From assembly GCA_012295275.1 (NCBI GenBank), contig CM022671.1, positions 20,646,001 to 20,710,000 of the forward strand: a stretch of 64,000 nt of DNA. The letters run 5' to 3'. Source of the stretch: Chrysomallon squamiferum (lineage: Eukaryota; Animalia; Mollusca). Every line of letters begins with the position of its first letter. Position 1 is the first letter of the stretch. Of this stretch, positions 39,731 to 52,459 are shown in pieces. The notes beneath the pieces were generated by a model. That model had not been told where the DNA came from. It ran no database searches and saw only the letters and a program-made list of their open reading frames with translations. The translations under genes and the position numbers were made by a program.

Positions 39731-41896
39731 GTGCATGTTAAAATAACTGACAGCAAAAATTGTAATTCATTTATACATGAATAAATCGGAATAAATATCG
39801 AATAATAAGTTAAAGAGTTACATTTTGTGTTCACAGAATGTAGAAAACATATAAACAAACAAGCAAACGAACAAACAAAAAAGAAAAACATAAATGGATG
39901 GAGAGAGATGTTCTAATTAATGACATTATGAAAACGTAAAATAAGGGAAATAAAGTAAATGATAAGTAAACAATGCAATATAAAATCTGTTTGTAACGTC
40001 AGATTTTAAACATTTCCCATCCCTGTGTCCTGTCATTGTGACTTAATTTAGTATATAACTTGACTCATCCCAGTTTCTGTTGTTAGCAGTGAAAAGCCTC
40101 ACATGACAGCTTTAACTCAGTCACGAAACTAAAACCTGCACAATCAAAATAACTTTTTAAAGGACTAGTTTATGGAATTGCATTTTTTGTTTTATTTTAA
40201 ATTTCTTTAGTACTACTACTACTACTACTACTATTAAAACAATAACAATTACTACTATCACTACCACTACCACCACTACTATTATTATTATTACTACTAC
40301 TACTACTACCACCACCACCAGAATTATTATTATTATCATTGTAGTTATGTTCAATTTGCTCGGTGTTATGCTTTTCAGATCTTGCCCCTATGTTTACTTT
40401 CTGTTGCTGTAATAACCTGAGACAAAGTAAGCGAACAAGCTACTATATTTTATTTTCTGCAAATTTTAATGTAAAAGTTATGTTCCAAAATTTAAAAAGG
40501 AACAGTTTGATGAAATATGTTAAAAATAATGCTGATATTATTTTGTGCTGTCCAAGAACAAAGTATGGGAGGCAAGGACATTTTCATAAAGTATTTATTG
40601 TTTTTGACGTTGATGTCATTTTTGTTGTTTCAATCAGTGTTGAATATTTAAATCCATCAAAATTACTGGATTTTAAAAAGAAAAACGAAATTGTTTTTTT
40701 TAGGTTTTTTTTGGATCGTATTACGCCCACGTTTTGATCGTTACTAATACTCCTATGATTTTCTTAAAATTTATACCAGTACATTTTATGCATTTCCGTT
40801 ATAACAAGTTTTAAGTTAATGTTTTTCTTCTTTAAGCTGTTTTTTATCCGAACATGAGATCATTTAGTTCTTAATATACGTTGGTAGATATTCTTTCTGT
40901 TGAGAAATTCCTCGGTGGCTAAAACATATTCATTGCATTTAAAAATGTATTTGTTTTCAGTCCTAACTCTGTAACAAGGAATACGTCCCCTGCACCCTCT
41001 CTGGTGGTTCCAGGATCGAGCCTAAATAAGAGTAAAACGAGTTCGAAAACAGTGGTATATGATTTATTGTTGAAAGAGATTTATTCATGTTATTTTTACA
41101 AGTGTATACAGTTACCGAGCTGACGCACGTGTTTTCCTAACACCTATCATAGTAATCTGATATTTGACTCACACAGTATATTATGCTGTAATAGAAGAAT
41201 AGCTTGGCAGATTGTAAAAAAAAAGGTTCGTGTTAAAACTGATGTATGTATAATTTTAGGAAAACTAGTCTGACATCACCGATGTAAAGATTAATGACTT
41301 CAGACACCTACTCAGCGTTAGCACGCACAAACACTTTAAAACAGTATGTGTCTTATGTATGTACCTACTTACATAAGTATTTACGTATGTAATGTGTATT
41401 ATTTACGTACGTCCAAATCTATGTATATATTTCTATTTCTAAGTAGAATTATTGCATAGTCATAAAACATACGTACGTTCATACATACATACATACATGC
41501 TCACATCGTATATATTCATTGTACAAAAATCATATTTTATACTTAATAGTATGATACACACAGACGCACAGCACAACAAATAGTTTTGTTACTTCAGTGT
41601 TCTAGTCCTATATTAACAGCGTTATAATTTGGCTTACTGGAAACGCGAGTGCCCCGAGATCTAACCGCTGTCTGGTAAATTTATTATGCATCTAGTATAT
41701 AAATATTATAGGCGGATATAGGAACAACGTTTATAACACACCTTTACATCATTTTGTTCTAAATATATACAGGTATATTCAAATTGAAATGAGTAATGTC
41801 TAATTTGATTCTAAAAATTCACAAAATAAAAATATTGTTACAGTCTTAGCCTTGGAAGAGTATAAAAATAACCAAAAAGAATTGTAACCGCTGACC

Positions 41897-41980
41897 TGTC
41901 AGAAAGCGTGCCCGTCGCAGACGTGCTTCACAACAGCTTGCTCTGATTAGCACGTTAATTTTTTTCCATTCCATTCCATT
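41897..41980 (+). mobile_element. 5'-truncated retroposon 3' end with (CCATT)n tail, copy 2
   Basis: tgtcagaaagcgtgcccgtcgcagacgtgcttcacaacagcttgctctgattagcacgttaattttttccattccattcc, near-identical to 23273-23354 but in non-homologous flanks. Confidence 0.6.
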
Positions 41981-42096
41981 GTGTAATATTTAGGCTTTTT
42001 AGAAATTAATTTTTTATTACTGCGTTTTAATAAGAACAAGGATCACCGTAAGTATTAAGAACTGAAACATTTCAGAGATAAACAGTTGAACTTTTA

Positions 42097-43419
42097 TTAA
42101 TTCTTTTTCACGCAACTTTTCAGGTTGTCGTCATACACGTAGTAACCATTGTTCTGTTTACACATTCCTTGATAGACGGTTCTGTTTTTTTTGCACACGA
42201 CGTAAAAAGGAGAATTCTCACGACCCTCCCAGGTGTTGAGTCCGTCGGGCAGACCTTTACACTCTGGGTTATGGACATGACATGGGACACAGTGAGCGGA
42301 AACACACTGATTAGCCAAATAGTCACCTGAAAGACGAGAAAAAAGAAAAATAAACAAGTGAAATCTTAATAACTGAATGCTGTACTTCCGTTGCTTAATA
42401 GACTATAGCAGTTATAAATGACTGAACTACCAGTGTACTCCAAAATTTTAAATATAACAGAGGTGAAGAAAGTATGTAAATAGATGCATGCTGAGGTGTC
42501 TCTGTCTGCGATATGAATTGTTCAATGAAGCATAAACTCAAAACTGATATAACACTAACAATAAGAAACAGGTTCCCAACGTTTGCCACAGTCCACCATG
42601 CTGTAATGTTCACATCGTTTAGTCTTGGTGTTGTACAGCTGCTCATATGGACATTCCTTGAGATACTTTGGCCACCTGAATGGGATGCTGTTGTCGCCGC
42701 AGTCGTAGTACTGAGCGCAGTTGGTCGGGTTCGGAATGATGTCTTTGGATCCTGGAGTACATGTTGTATCTGAATTCGATTGTTCCTTGTTGGTGCCTGA
42801 AATAATATAATTATATTTTGAAGTATATCAGTATAACTAGGCAGTAATTTGCGGTAATAGTTTTTACGGTGCTGCTTCATTATAATGAATAATTTTATCA
42901 ATTTCAGTTTCACAATAGAGTAAGTTTCATAATGAAAATATTTTCTCATTTATGAACCTTATATATATATATGTAAGCCGCGTTACCATAGGACAACCTC
43001 ATTCCAATTTAATATATAATTATAACTGTTCTTACTATTTAAAATAATTTTATTCACACAGATTATTTAAGAAAAGAAAAAAACAAACATGTAATAAACG
43101 TATTTGTTTAATAATTACACCAATTCTATATATATATAAATATATTTGTATGAAAATTACAATAACTTGAACTAAACTCAAAATTGTACCCACATTTATC
43201 ATAGATAGATCCCTTTTGTACGCAAACCTTGATGGTCGGATTAAAAACACCGCTGGGACAAGTAAAACGAACCAGCTTTCCATGATCACAGACGTAGAAA
43301 ACGGAGCAGTCGTTTGGATCGGGTCGTAAATCAGCTGCTCCTTGAGACACGCACTCGTCTTCTGCAACGACAACAACGGTTACAAGAGCAAGGCAGAGGA
43401 TGAAGATGTTGTAATTCAT
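42097..43419 (-). CDS. Gene J: secreted chitin-binding protein, long type, 230 aa
   Basis: Exons 43419-43194 (donor gtgggt), 42796-42560 (donor gttagt) and 42326-42097; all phase 1, open frame. TATA-like element at 43512-43517. Confidence 0.9.
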
Positions 43420-43964
43420 GATGAGGCTGATTAATACGTATATAAAATTACAAATATCGTTATTGCTGAAAGAGTTACTTCAGTTTAATTTCGATTTCAG
43501 TCAGTGCGTAATTTATATGGTGAGATGTGATAGTCATTGCTGAATCAGTTATTAAAATTATATTTATAGAAAACGACACTGCCCTTCATGACATACTGAA
43601 ACCACAATATTAAGTTAGATGTTTTTTTTAGAGATTTTTATATTATTATAGCTGTGTGGCGAAACACATGTGAGCTATCTCAAAGTCATCACAATTGAAA
43701 TAACGCTTCAATCTGAAAATAATAGCCTATTAACCGTGAAAATCAGTTTTTTTGTATATATGTATGTGTATGAGTGTGTATGTATGTGATGTGTAACTGA
43801 GTATATGTGTGCATATGTATATGTGTGAGTATGTGTGTATGTGTGTGTGTGTGTGTCTGTTTGTGATTGATTTTAAGCCGATGTAGGCGATTGTAGAGAC
43901 AGAAATTGCTTCAACGTTAAATTTTAGTTGAAGTTAGGAATTTACTTAAGTAATAAGAAGATAC

Positions 43965-44112
43965 CCCAGTCCAGTAGTTCAGTGGTTAGAAATCTGGTTT
44001 GTCTTTGGATCAAGCCTTTACGATGACCCCATTAGGATTTATCAAAGGCTGTGCTTTGTACTTACCTTTTTATAAGCAGGTGCATATAAAATCTCCCTTG
44101 TAGCTAACGAAA
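43965..44112 (+). mobile_element. Degenerate tRNA-head SINE
   Basis: gtagttcagtggttag (A-box-like) ... ttatcaaaggctgtg ... ggtgcatataaaatctcccttgtagctaa; similar relics at ~28450-28555, ~31460-31562 and ~47520-47600. Confidence 0.55.
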
Positions 44113-44751
44113 AAAAAAATGTATTTCTTTGTGCAGTATCAACAACAGCGAATCTTCTTGATCATTAGTTGTGTGGTTTGTTAAGCAAATATGCGTACGT
44201 AAGTCAGATATTTTATTCATTTCTTCATGCTGTGCAACGAGGTAGTAAAATAAGAAAAATCAAGGTTAAGGAAATAAAAAAAGGAATATTATTAGTTTTA
44301 TCAAATTCAGATTATTTTTTTTTCCTTTACTATTTCAACCGGAATATTAGACTTTTTTAAATGTATATTATATGTATGACGATGATAACGACGATGAAGA
44401 CGACGACATATGAAAGAGTATGTTTGAAATAGTGTTGAAGAAGAAAAAAAAAAGATATGTGAGATAAAGAATGAGATATATCATATACTAGATTCGAGAG
44501 ATAACAGAATGATAGAATAAAATATGTAGGTTACTCTGGATCAGACAACAGAAATTTAATAGCTGTATATTTTAATTAAAAAGTCATATGCAAGTATGAG
44601 TATGAATGTGGGCTTGAGAGAGAGTGGAAAGATATATATATATATATGTAATGTGTGTATAGTTGTTACTATGTCAGCATATAGACTTATTAATGTAAAT
44701 ATATTTGCGATAAACACTAATTATAAAAATATATTGTATTATCTGTTTCAT

Positions 44752-45180
44752 GTACTACCACTACTACTACTATTGCTACTGCTATTACTTCTACTTCTAC
44801 TACTACTATTACTGCTACTACTGCTACTACTACTACTTCTACTACTTCTACTACTACTACTATTACTACTACTAGTACTACTACTGCTACACCTACTGCT
44901 ACTGCTACTACCTCTACTACTATTACTACTACTACTACTACTACTACTTTTGTTGCTGCTGCTGGTACTACTGCTGTTGCTACTACTGCTATTTGTGCTA
45001 CTGATACTACTACCCCTGCTGCTACTATTATTACTATTGCTACTACCACTACAGCTGCCACTGCTACTACCACTAATTGTACTAACAACAAAACTTTTGC
45101 TAACTATTACTGCTGCTGCTACTTTTTTACCACGACTATGCAGCTGCTGCTACTTCTTTACCACGACTATGCAGCTACAG

Positions 45181-45218
<38 letters not shown>

Positions 45219-45225
45219 GCTACAA
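44752..45225. repeat. Degenerate (ACT/GCT)n trinucleotide repeat
   Basis: Direct inspection; gives the spurious poly-Leu and poly-Val ORFs. Confidence 0.95.
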
Positions 45226-46565
45226 TAAATGGCAAAATCGATGAACACGCCAAGTTATTTCTGAAGCGGCATTAGAGACTCAGTCTGTTTTTTTAATTTG
45301 CATTACTTACTAAATCATTAGCATCACATACTATGCCCACATTATTCAGAGGATAAACTGCTATGTCCATGAAATTATCCTTGAGTGTTTTCACGTTTCA
45401 AAAAGTTTAAACTGATCAAATGAGCAATATCAATGTTAAAAAATCTAAATTATTTTTCATAAAACTGAATTAAAAATGTACATATTATGAAACATGATTA
45501 GCCAAAAAAGCAAAAGAATATTTGATGACAGCAAAATTTATTGAATCGTTATTATTATTATTATTATTATATAAAAAAAAAGATTATATTCGTTGAATTT
45601 GGAGATCTTTTTCAAATATTTTTATCTATGTTATTCTCTCTTTCTCTCATAAAATTCTAAATTACCATGAAGTCACCTTATCTATATCATCTTTATAAGT
45701 AGACTGACTAAATTCATCACTAGAACGTTAATTATAGAGAAGTATGCAATGATCAGAAAGCAAATAAAACTTTAGGAATCAATCGCTTACATCGATAGAA
45801 ATCTATTTATCTTTTCTCGGAAGAGATGAGACAGATATAAGATAAAAAAAAAAAATGACCAACAGCTCATTTCAAAAACCCACATGTGCCGAAGATTAAA
45901 AAGAAGAAGAAGCAGCAAAAGAAAAAGAAGAAACGAAATTAAACAGACAGTTTATCACGGGAGCCATTTGTTAATGAGCCCGTATAACCAGCAAGAAACA
46001 ACAATGAAATGTTTTCACTTCCAACAGATCGAAGTGAATTTCATTCTGTGCGTTGAGAAACACGAAAAAGCCATCTAAATAATGCAATTGATTTAGCTTT
46101 TAAAAGCTCATTTAGCACTTAAATCGCCGACAATCGAAACAATCTTTTGCGGTCCCGAAAAGGAAACACTCGAACGCTTTGATGCAGGCCAAACACCCAT
46201 TCCGCCCTGGCCGAATAACACCGTTCTAGTTCCGCGCAACAAAATTTTGTCTCGTTTCGACAACTTGTACTCAAATATTCCATTTCCTCGTGTTCTTGTC
46301 ACTGGCAGCGTCCCACGGAATCCAGACAAACACCGGTCTGGCTTACAATCAGACCAATATTGATCTCATATTAAATCTCATTTATTTTGGAGGCATTCAT
46401 GAAATGAAAACACCACTTCGTCTTTTTAATTCCCTTCCGAGTTTTATTTCTTTGGTTCAATGAAAATTATTATTTAGATGTTAAATATCTGACAGTATAT
46501 ATGGGTGTGTCTACACGTGTGTGTGTGCATGTGTGATTGTGTGTGAGTGTATGTGTGTGTGTTTT

Positions 46566-46605
<40 letters not shown>

Positions 46606-47863
46606 TATGCATTAATGTATGTATTATATATGTTTGTATGTATGTGTATATAACTGAAATTGATAGTCTTTCATAATTATTTTAAAGTAGTCTTAAGAAA
46701 TTTAGTACTGTTTTTTAAAATATATCTGACTTGTCGTTAACAAAATATAAGTGTCTGCCAAATGATAATGAACGTTGGCTATATTTGGAAGGAAACGAAT
46801 AAAGAAAAAAGCTATATATTTACAAAAACGAAAAACTAGATTTATAACATGTTTATTTTGTTTTGCAAAGAAATTCTATGCATGTAAATTATCCTGTTGT
46901 TGATGTTCACCTATCATATTACCTTTTATTTCTTTTACTTGTCCTCCAGTTTTAGTTAGCTAATGACCTCATGTATGACACACCGAGCGCTCGTACGTTA
47001 TAATTAAACCTAGTTCAAGTGAACTGTATAACGAAATACATAAGAGAAATTTGATTTATCTCAGCCGTTGTATGTTAACCATTTGTCACTCCTTGTTCTT
47101 TCATTTATCACTTAGCGTAAATATTTTACGCATTCTTCATTAAGCAGTATAAGGTGAAAATAATGATTTCCAGAATACGTAATTTTCGTTTCGATACTTG
47201 TTCTAGATAACTTGTTCTACCAGTGAAGGTCAGGTTTTTGTATTTTAAATCTAGTTAGAAGCTCGCCATCTAGTAATCTTAAATGTTTTTGAACTAAATT
47301 TTGTTATGAAACGTTACTGACACTGGACACCAAAATGGCAATGAAAACAATGGCAATGAACATTTTTTTTCTTTCTCTCAGCTCAGTGTATAAAATGTAC
47401 AGTATGCATATTGATATTAATAATGAAAGATATGTTAATTTATTAATCCAGTTAACTGCCATAGACATCATTCTGTTACCCACGGGAACTGGAGCAGGGA
47501 AATATATCCAAGGTTATTAAAGCCAGTGTACAAACATTTTCGTCTATGGAAAGGCACACAATAAAGATCTATTGATGCTCATGGAAAATAGTAGCTTATG
47601 TAAAAAAAAGTAATTAACATATAATACAGACAGTAAAAGGAAATGGTTTTGAAAATGTTCCTCAAGAGAGTGGCAATTTCACTCAACTTTAGTTAATTTA
47701 GATCGAGACTTATTCTGACTTCAAATTCTTTATCGTAAATTTATCATCCAGTTTGTTTTAGCTCTTCCATTTGTTTCATTAGAGACAGAAAGACGAAGTT
47801 AATTAACAATAACAGAAAATGCTAAAAGTTTATTTCTTTGAAAAACATATTATAGTTAAAATA

Positions 47864-47981
<118 letters not shown>

Positions 47982-49196
47982 TACTACACACACACACACA
48001 CACACACACGCACGCATACACATCCGTACACCTGTATGAAATATATATGTGAATACAAGAGTTCGCGTTATCTGATAAGATCTTTCTCCACTGACACTGT
48101 GTGAATTCATGATAAATGACTTAACCTTTGTGGTTCAGTGTCCGTCATTAGAGTAGAATTAGCTTATCTCTCGACCTGACTGAAATTATCGCTTGTGTTA
48201 TCATTAAGACAATGCAATTTAAACAAAGTGTGCACTGTACCTTTAAATTATAATTAGAAAATAGCCGCTTGAATACATTATCTTTTATGTATTCTGTATG
48301 TCTATTTATGCATTTGTGTATGTGTGTGTGTGTGTGTGTGTATGTGTGTATATATCTTACAGTCTGTTACAAATAAAATAAATATTGATTTAGATGTAAA
48401 CAATTAGATATTATTTCATTTTCACAACTTGTCAACGTGTTTGTTTGTGCAAAGATTAATCTCCCAGAGAAACTGTATCAAATTCTGTGTGAGGTGAGGC
48501 TCCCGTTGTCTCAAAGTGTCAAGAAGACTTTAAATCTTAACACATTTTATCTAAACACTGTCGGGTGTTCTAGTTTGAGAGACACAGACGACACTTTGTT
48601 TTGACATACAGCTGTTACATGTCGGTGTTCAGTTTAATGTAATGCTGTAGAAAACGGTGTTACAAGCTGGCGGTCGACGATAAACATTTTCTTATCGTCT
48701 TGCTGTCGGCCATTGCTGATCGTGTACTAACTATCCTGTATCACTTCCATTTAGCGAGATGAATGAATCTTTGTATCCGCTGTTCGCTGCACGTTACTAC
48801 AGTGATCAGCCGTATTAAACGTAAGTAATGATATATGTTTTGCATGTTTATTTAATGCTTGGATGCTGAATGTTAAGAATTATTTTATTGTTGTTATTGT
48901 TGTTATTCTAGTATTCACGAGTGACAGATATAACAGCTGTGTATCAGTGTTATGCTGGTTGATATTTAAAACATGAGTCTGTCTATCTCTCACTCTCTCT
49001 TTATAACTACTTGTTTAAAACATCTGTATTACTGTCTACATTATTAACTCAAACAACAACAATATTTAGTAAAACTTTTTAGATATTTTTTAACCAATCT
49101 TTTTTCACTTAATAATATATTCTTGGGAGAAGTGAAAAAAAAAGAAGAAGAAATAATGAAGTTATTTAAAAATAAAAAATCCTTGGTGATGTGATA

Positions 49197-49255
<59 letters not shown>

Positions 49256-51010
49256 AAACTGAATGTTTTCTGTAAGTCGTTCACACAGGTTATTCTTGTT
49301 TTTAGAAGTGAGAATGAACTCTTTGTCAAAGGTTATTACCTCATTTGCAATTACAGTTAAATATCAAATACAAATTAGCTCTAATTACTTGTGCGAAAAT
49401 GTCAGAGTGATGTTATGTTATTTAGCTGTATGGTACTAACTATCTTCTGTTACAGGTTTCTATTAATTAATCGCTTCATTTAATTAATTATGAATTAATT
49501 AATTATTTCGTTTTATTATAATAATTGGGACGTAAATCAAGGAATTTGCTTGGTGGATAATTAGATATGTATTATGATAATTTATGAAAATGTGATTCAG
49601 TTTAATGCTTCTACGACAGCTTCCCGATAAACAGATACATTAGCAGCGGTCAGTAAAATGGAATTAGGACATAACTATGTTTACAAATATCAACTAATAC
49701 ACACATTCCTAAATATATGTACATGCATATATATTCATATGTACACATATACACACACATACAAAGTATAGACATACGTGCAAATATGTACACATACATA
49801 CATTTTGAAAAAATAAACTGAGGCATTTTTCAGTTTATTTTCTCAGCTATTTCAAGGCCATCTCGCTGAAGTCTATTACGATCCTATCACTTTCCATGCA
49901 CCTTTTGTCTTAGTGCGTGTAAAACTGCCATGAACACAGATATCTTCGTGTCACATCTTTGAAATCTAATAACAAGGGTCACCATATTAATTTTCTCAGT
50001 GTGACTTTCAGTCGTAAAACAACATCACCATCATGTTTCAAGGTCTGTTTGTTTTTTTGGGGTTGCTTTTCTTGTCGCATTTATCACAGATATAAATGTC
50101 ATCAGGTTACGGTGTTGGTAAATTGGGTCTCGCAACGACAGTCATCTTAGTCATGTTCTCACCAATACTGTTCAGCGAGACGAAGAAAATTGTTTGATGC
50201 TCAAACGCAGCATGTAATTGGTCTTGAAGAAAAGTGTGTCTTTGTTGGTGAACGTCCTAATGGATTACATCACAATGCCATTTCCAGGACTGATGAGGAA
50301 ACATGAAAACACCAATCAAGTTGAAATATCGTTCAAAGTCTGGAAAAACTGAAATTAAGAATTTTCAAAAGAAACCAATAGCCAGGCAGTCAGTGTACTT
50401 TGACTTGGAAAACAACTAAATAATGTACTTTAGTGACTTGTTCGAAGAGTTGTTGCCTTTGGTTCTATGTTTGGAAGTAAATTACTCCTGCTTCCCACAG
50501 AAAAAAAAAAAAAAAAAGAAAAAGGAAAAGAAAACGAAAAAAAAAACGAAAGAAAAGAGCCTAGAAATATATTAAATACAAACTATTTTCGACCATGTTG
50601 CATGAATCATCGATGTGCTTATCTCAAAAAGAGGACTAGTGATTTTTATCTGAATATCACTTATTTGTATTTTGAATCCTAAACAGTATAACTTTTTACC
50701 AGTTGGTAAGAGGAAATTTAAGTATTTTGTGCGTGTATGTGCGTGTGTGTGCGTGCGTGTATGTACATACTTATCATATGAATAAGGATAACGACGGTGT
50801 TGGTAATGATTTGAAAAATATTGATATAACGCTTTCAGGGTCTTCGGTTATCAAAGCTCGTGAAGATAACTCGTAAATGTTTATCAGTTAAAATTCAGTC
50901 ATAATGGCGATATAAGAGCTTTTAAAAATATTCTTAGTATGAATGAAAATTCAGTTTGGCGGCGCTGTGACCAGGCCACAAGATCTTGTTCTGTTTAGCA
51001 CGATATTTAT

Positions 51011-51433
51011 TCACTCATTCACTCACTCCTACATATAGGTCTACTGACATTAGTGTCTGGTCACGTTATTTTTTCACTTACTCACTCACTCCTACATACA
51101 GGTCTACGTTATACTGACATTAGTGTCTGGTCACGTTATTTTTTCACTTACTCACTCACTCCTACATACAGGTCTACGTTATACTGACATTAGTGTCTGG
51201 TCACGTTATTTTTTCACTCACTCACTCACTCCTACATACATGTCTACGTTATACTGACATTAGTGTCTGGTCACGTTATTTTTTCACTTACTCACTCACT
51301 CCTACATACAGGTCTACGTTATACTGACATTAGTGTCTGGTCACGTTATTTTTTCACTTACTCACTCACTCCTACATACAGGTCTACGTTATACTGACAT
51401 TAGTCTCTGGCCACGTTATAGTTTTAACTCACT
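51011..51433. repeat. 70-bp minisatellite, ~6 near-identical units
   Basis: ctgacattagtgtctggtcacgttattttttcacttactcactcactcctacatacaggtctacgttata recurs at 51044, 51114, 51184, 51254, 51324 and 51394 (last unit partial and diverged). Confidence 0.97.
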
Positions 51434-52366
51434 CTGTTATGTTATTCTGACTATAGTCTATGTATAGAGGATCATAACTGACAGAGTACAAACGTATATT
51501 ACTGGATGAAATACTTTAAACAAGAAATAATTAAAAAGTCACTCGAATTTTTTAATGGCTAAAATGTTTGTTTGCTAATTTAAGTTGTTGTCTTATACTT
51601 TACTTATATCAATAAGCTAATATTAAATTATATTACTATAAGTAATACTTTACAGTTACCACGAATACGCTTCTGCTACTACTTCAGTTCTTTCGTATGC
51701 TCCTGCAGTTTCTGTGACAACATCAACAACTATTAATACTGCTACTACTGCTACTACAACAACTACTGCTACTACCACCACTACCATCATAACCAACAAT
51801 TCTACTATCTCTAACTACAACTCTGTTACCACTAGTACTACTACTAGCATTAACAACAACAACTCTACTACTACTACCAACACTCTTACTACTGCAACAG
51901 CACTGCCACTGCTACTACAACTCTACTGCTCTTCCTCCTTCTCATCCTCAAACTATTACCACTAACGGATACTCAGCGTTTTCACCGACGCTGTTTTATC
52001 TAACCACGAAGAGGTTCCAGAAGTTTTTAAATTTTTATGTTTTCTAAAAATATAACGTACAAAAAAACAAAGATTCGTCTTTATTTCTAAGTATGTTTAT
52101 ATTTCTCTTTTAATGGTCTCTGTTTGGTAGTTAAAACTTCACTCTGAAACATTCAGTTTACAAAGAGTCCATCATTCGTATACTCTATAGTGTTTGTTTA
52201 GTCTAAACCAGACTACGAACATGCGATAGATAAACGATAAATTCGCCTGAGAATAATAAAACATTGCGGGTTTTTTCGTTTGTTCTGTTATCGGTCGACA
52301 AAATATACACTGATCGTGATTGAGAGAGGGAGAGAAAGAGTGTGTGTGTGTGTGTGTGTGAGAGAC

Positions 52367-52459
<93 letters not shown>

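Noticed and set aside
44596-45228. 210-aa poly-Leu ORF and similar SLSL, RERE, CVCV and HTHT ORFs
   Set aside because: Translations of microsatellites.
50280-50350. CTGATGAG..GAAAC hammerhead-ribozyme-like core (a similar one at ~16290)
   Set aside because: Stems I-III cannot be formed correctly; the 16290 motif is not conserved in paralogous copies.
50630-50650. gactagtgatttt resembles part of miR-7
   Set aside because: The seed does not match and no hairpin is evident.
51011-51433. CRISPR-like array
   Set aside because: Units are contiguous and identical with no unique spacers; eukaryotic context and no cas genes.
51709-51965. Thr-rich ORF after a ctgcag acceptor, possibly a mucin-like linker exon of a peritrophin
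   Set aside because: Degenerate (ACT/ACA)n repeat like others in the window; the frame drifts into LPLLLQ, there is no donor, and no + strand partner exon is nearby.
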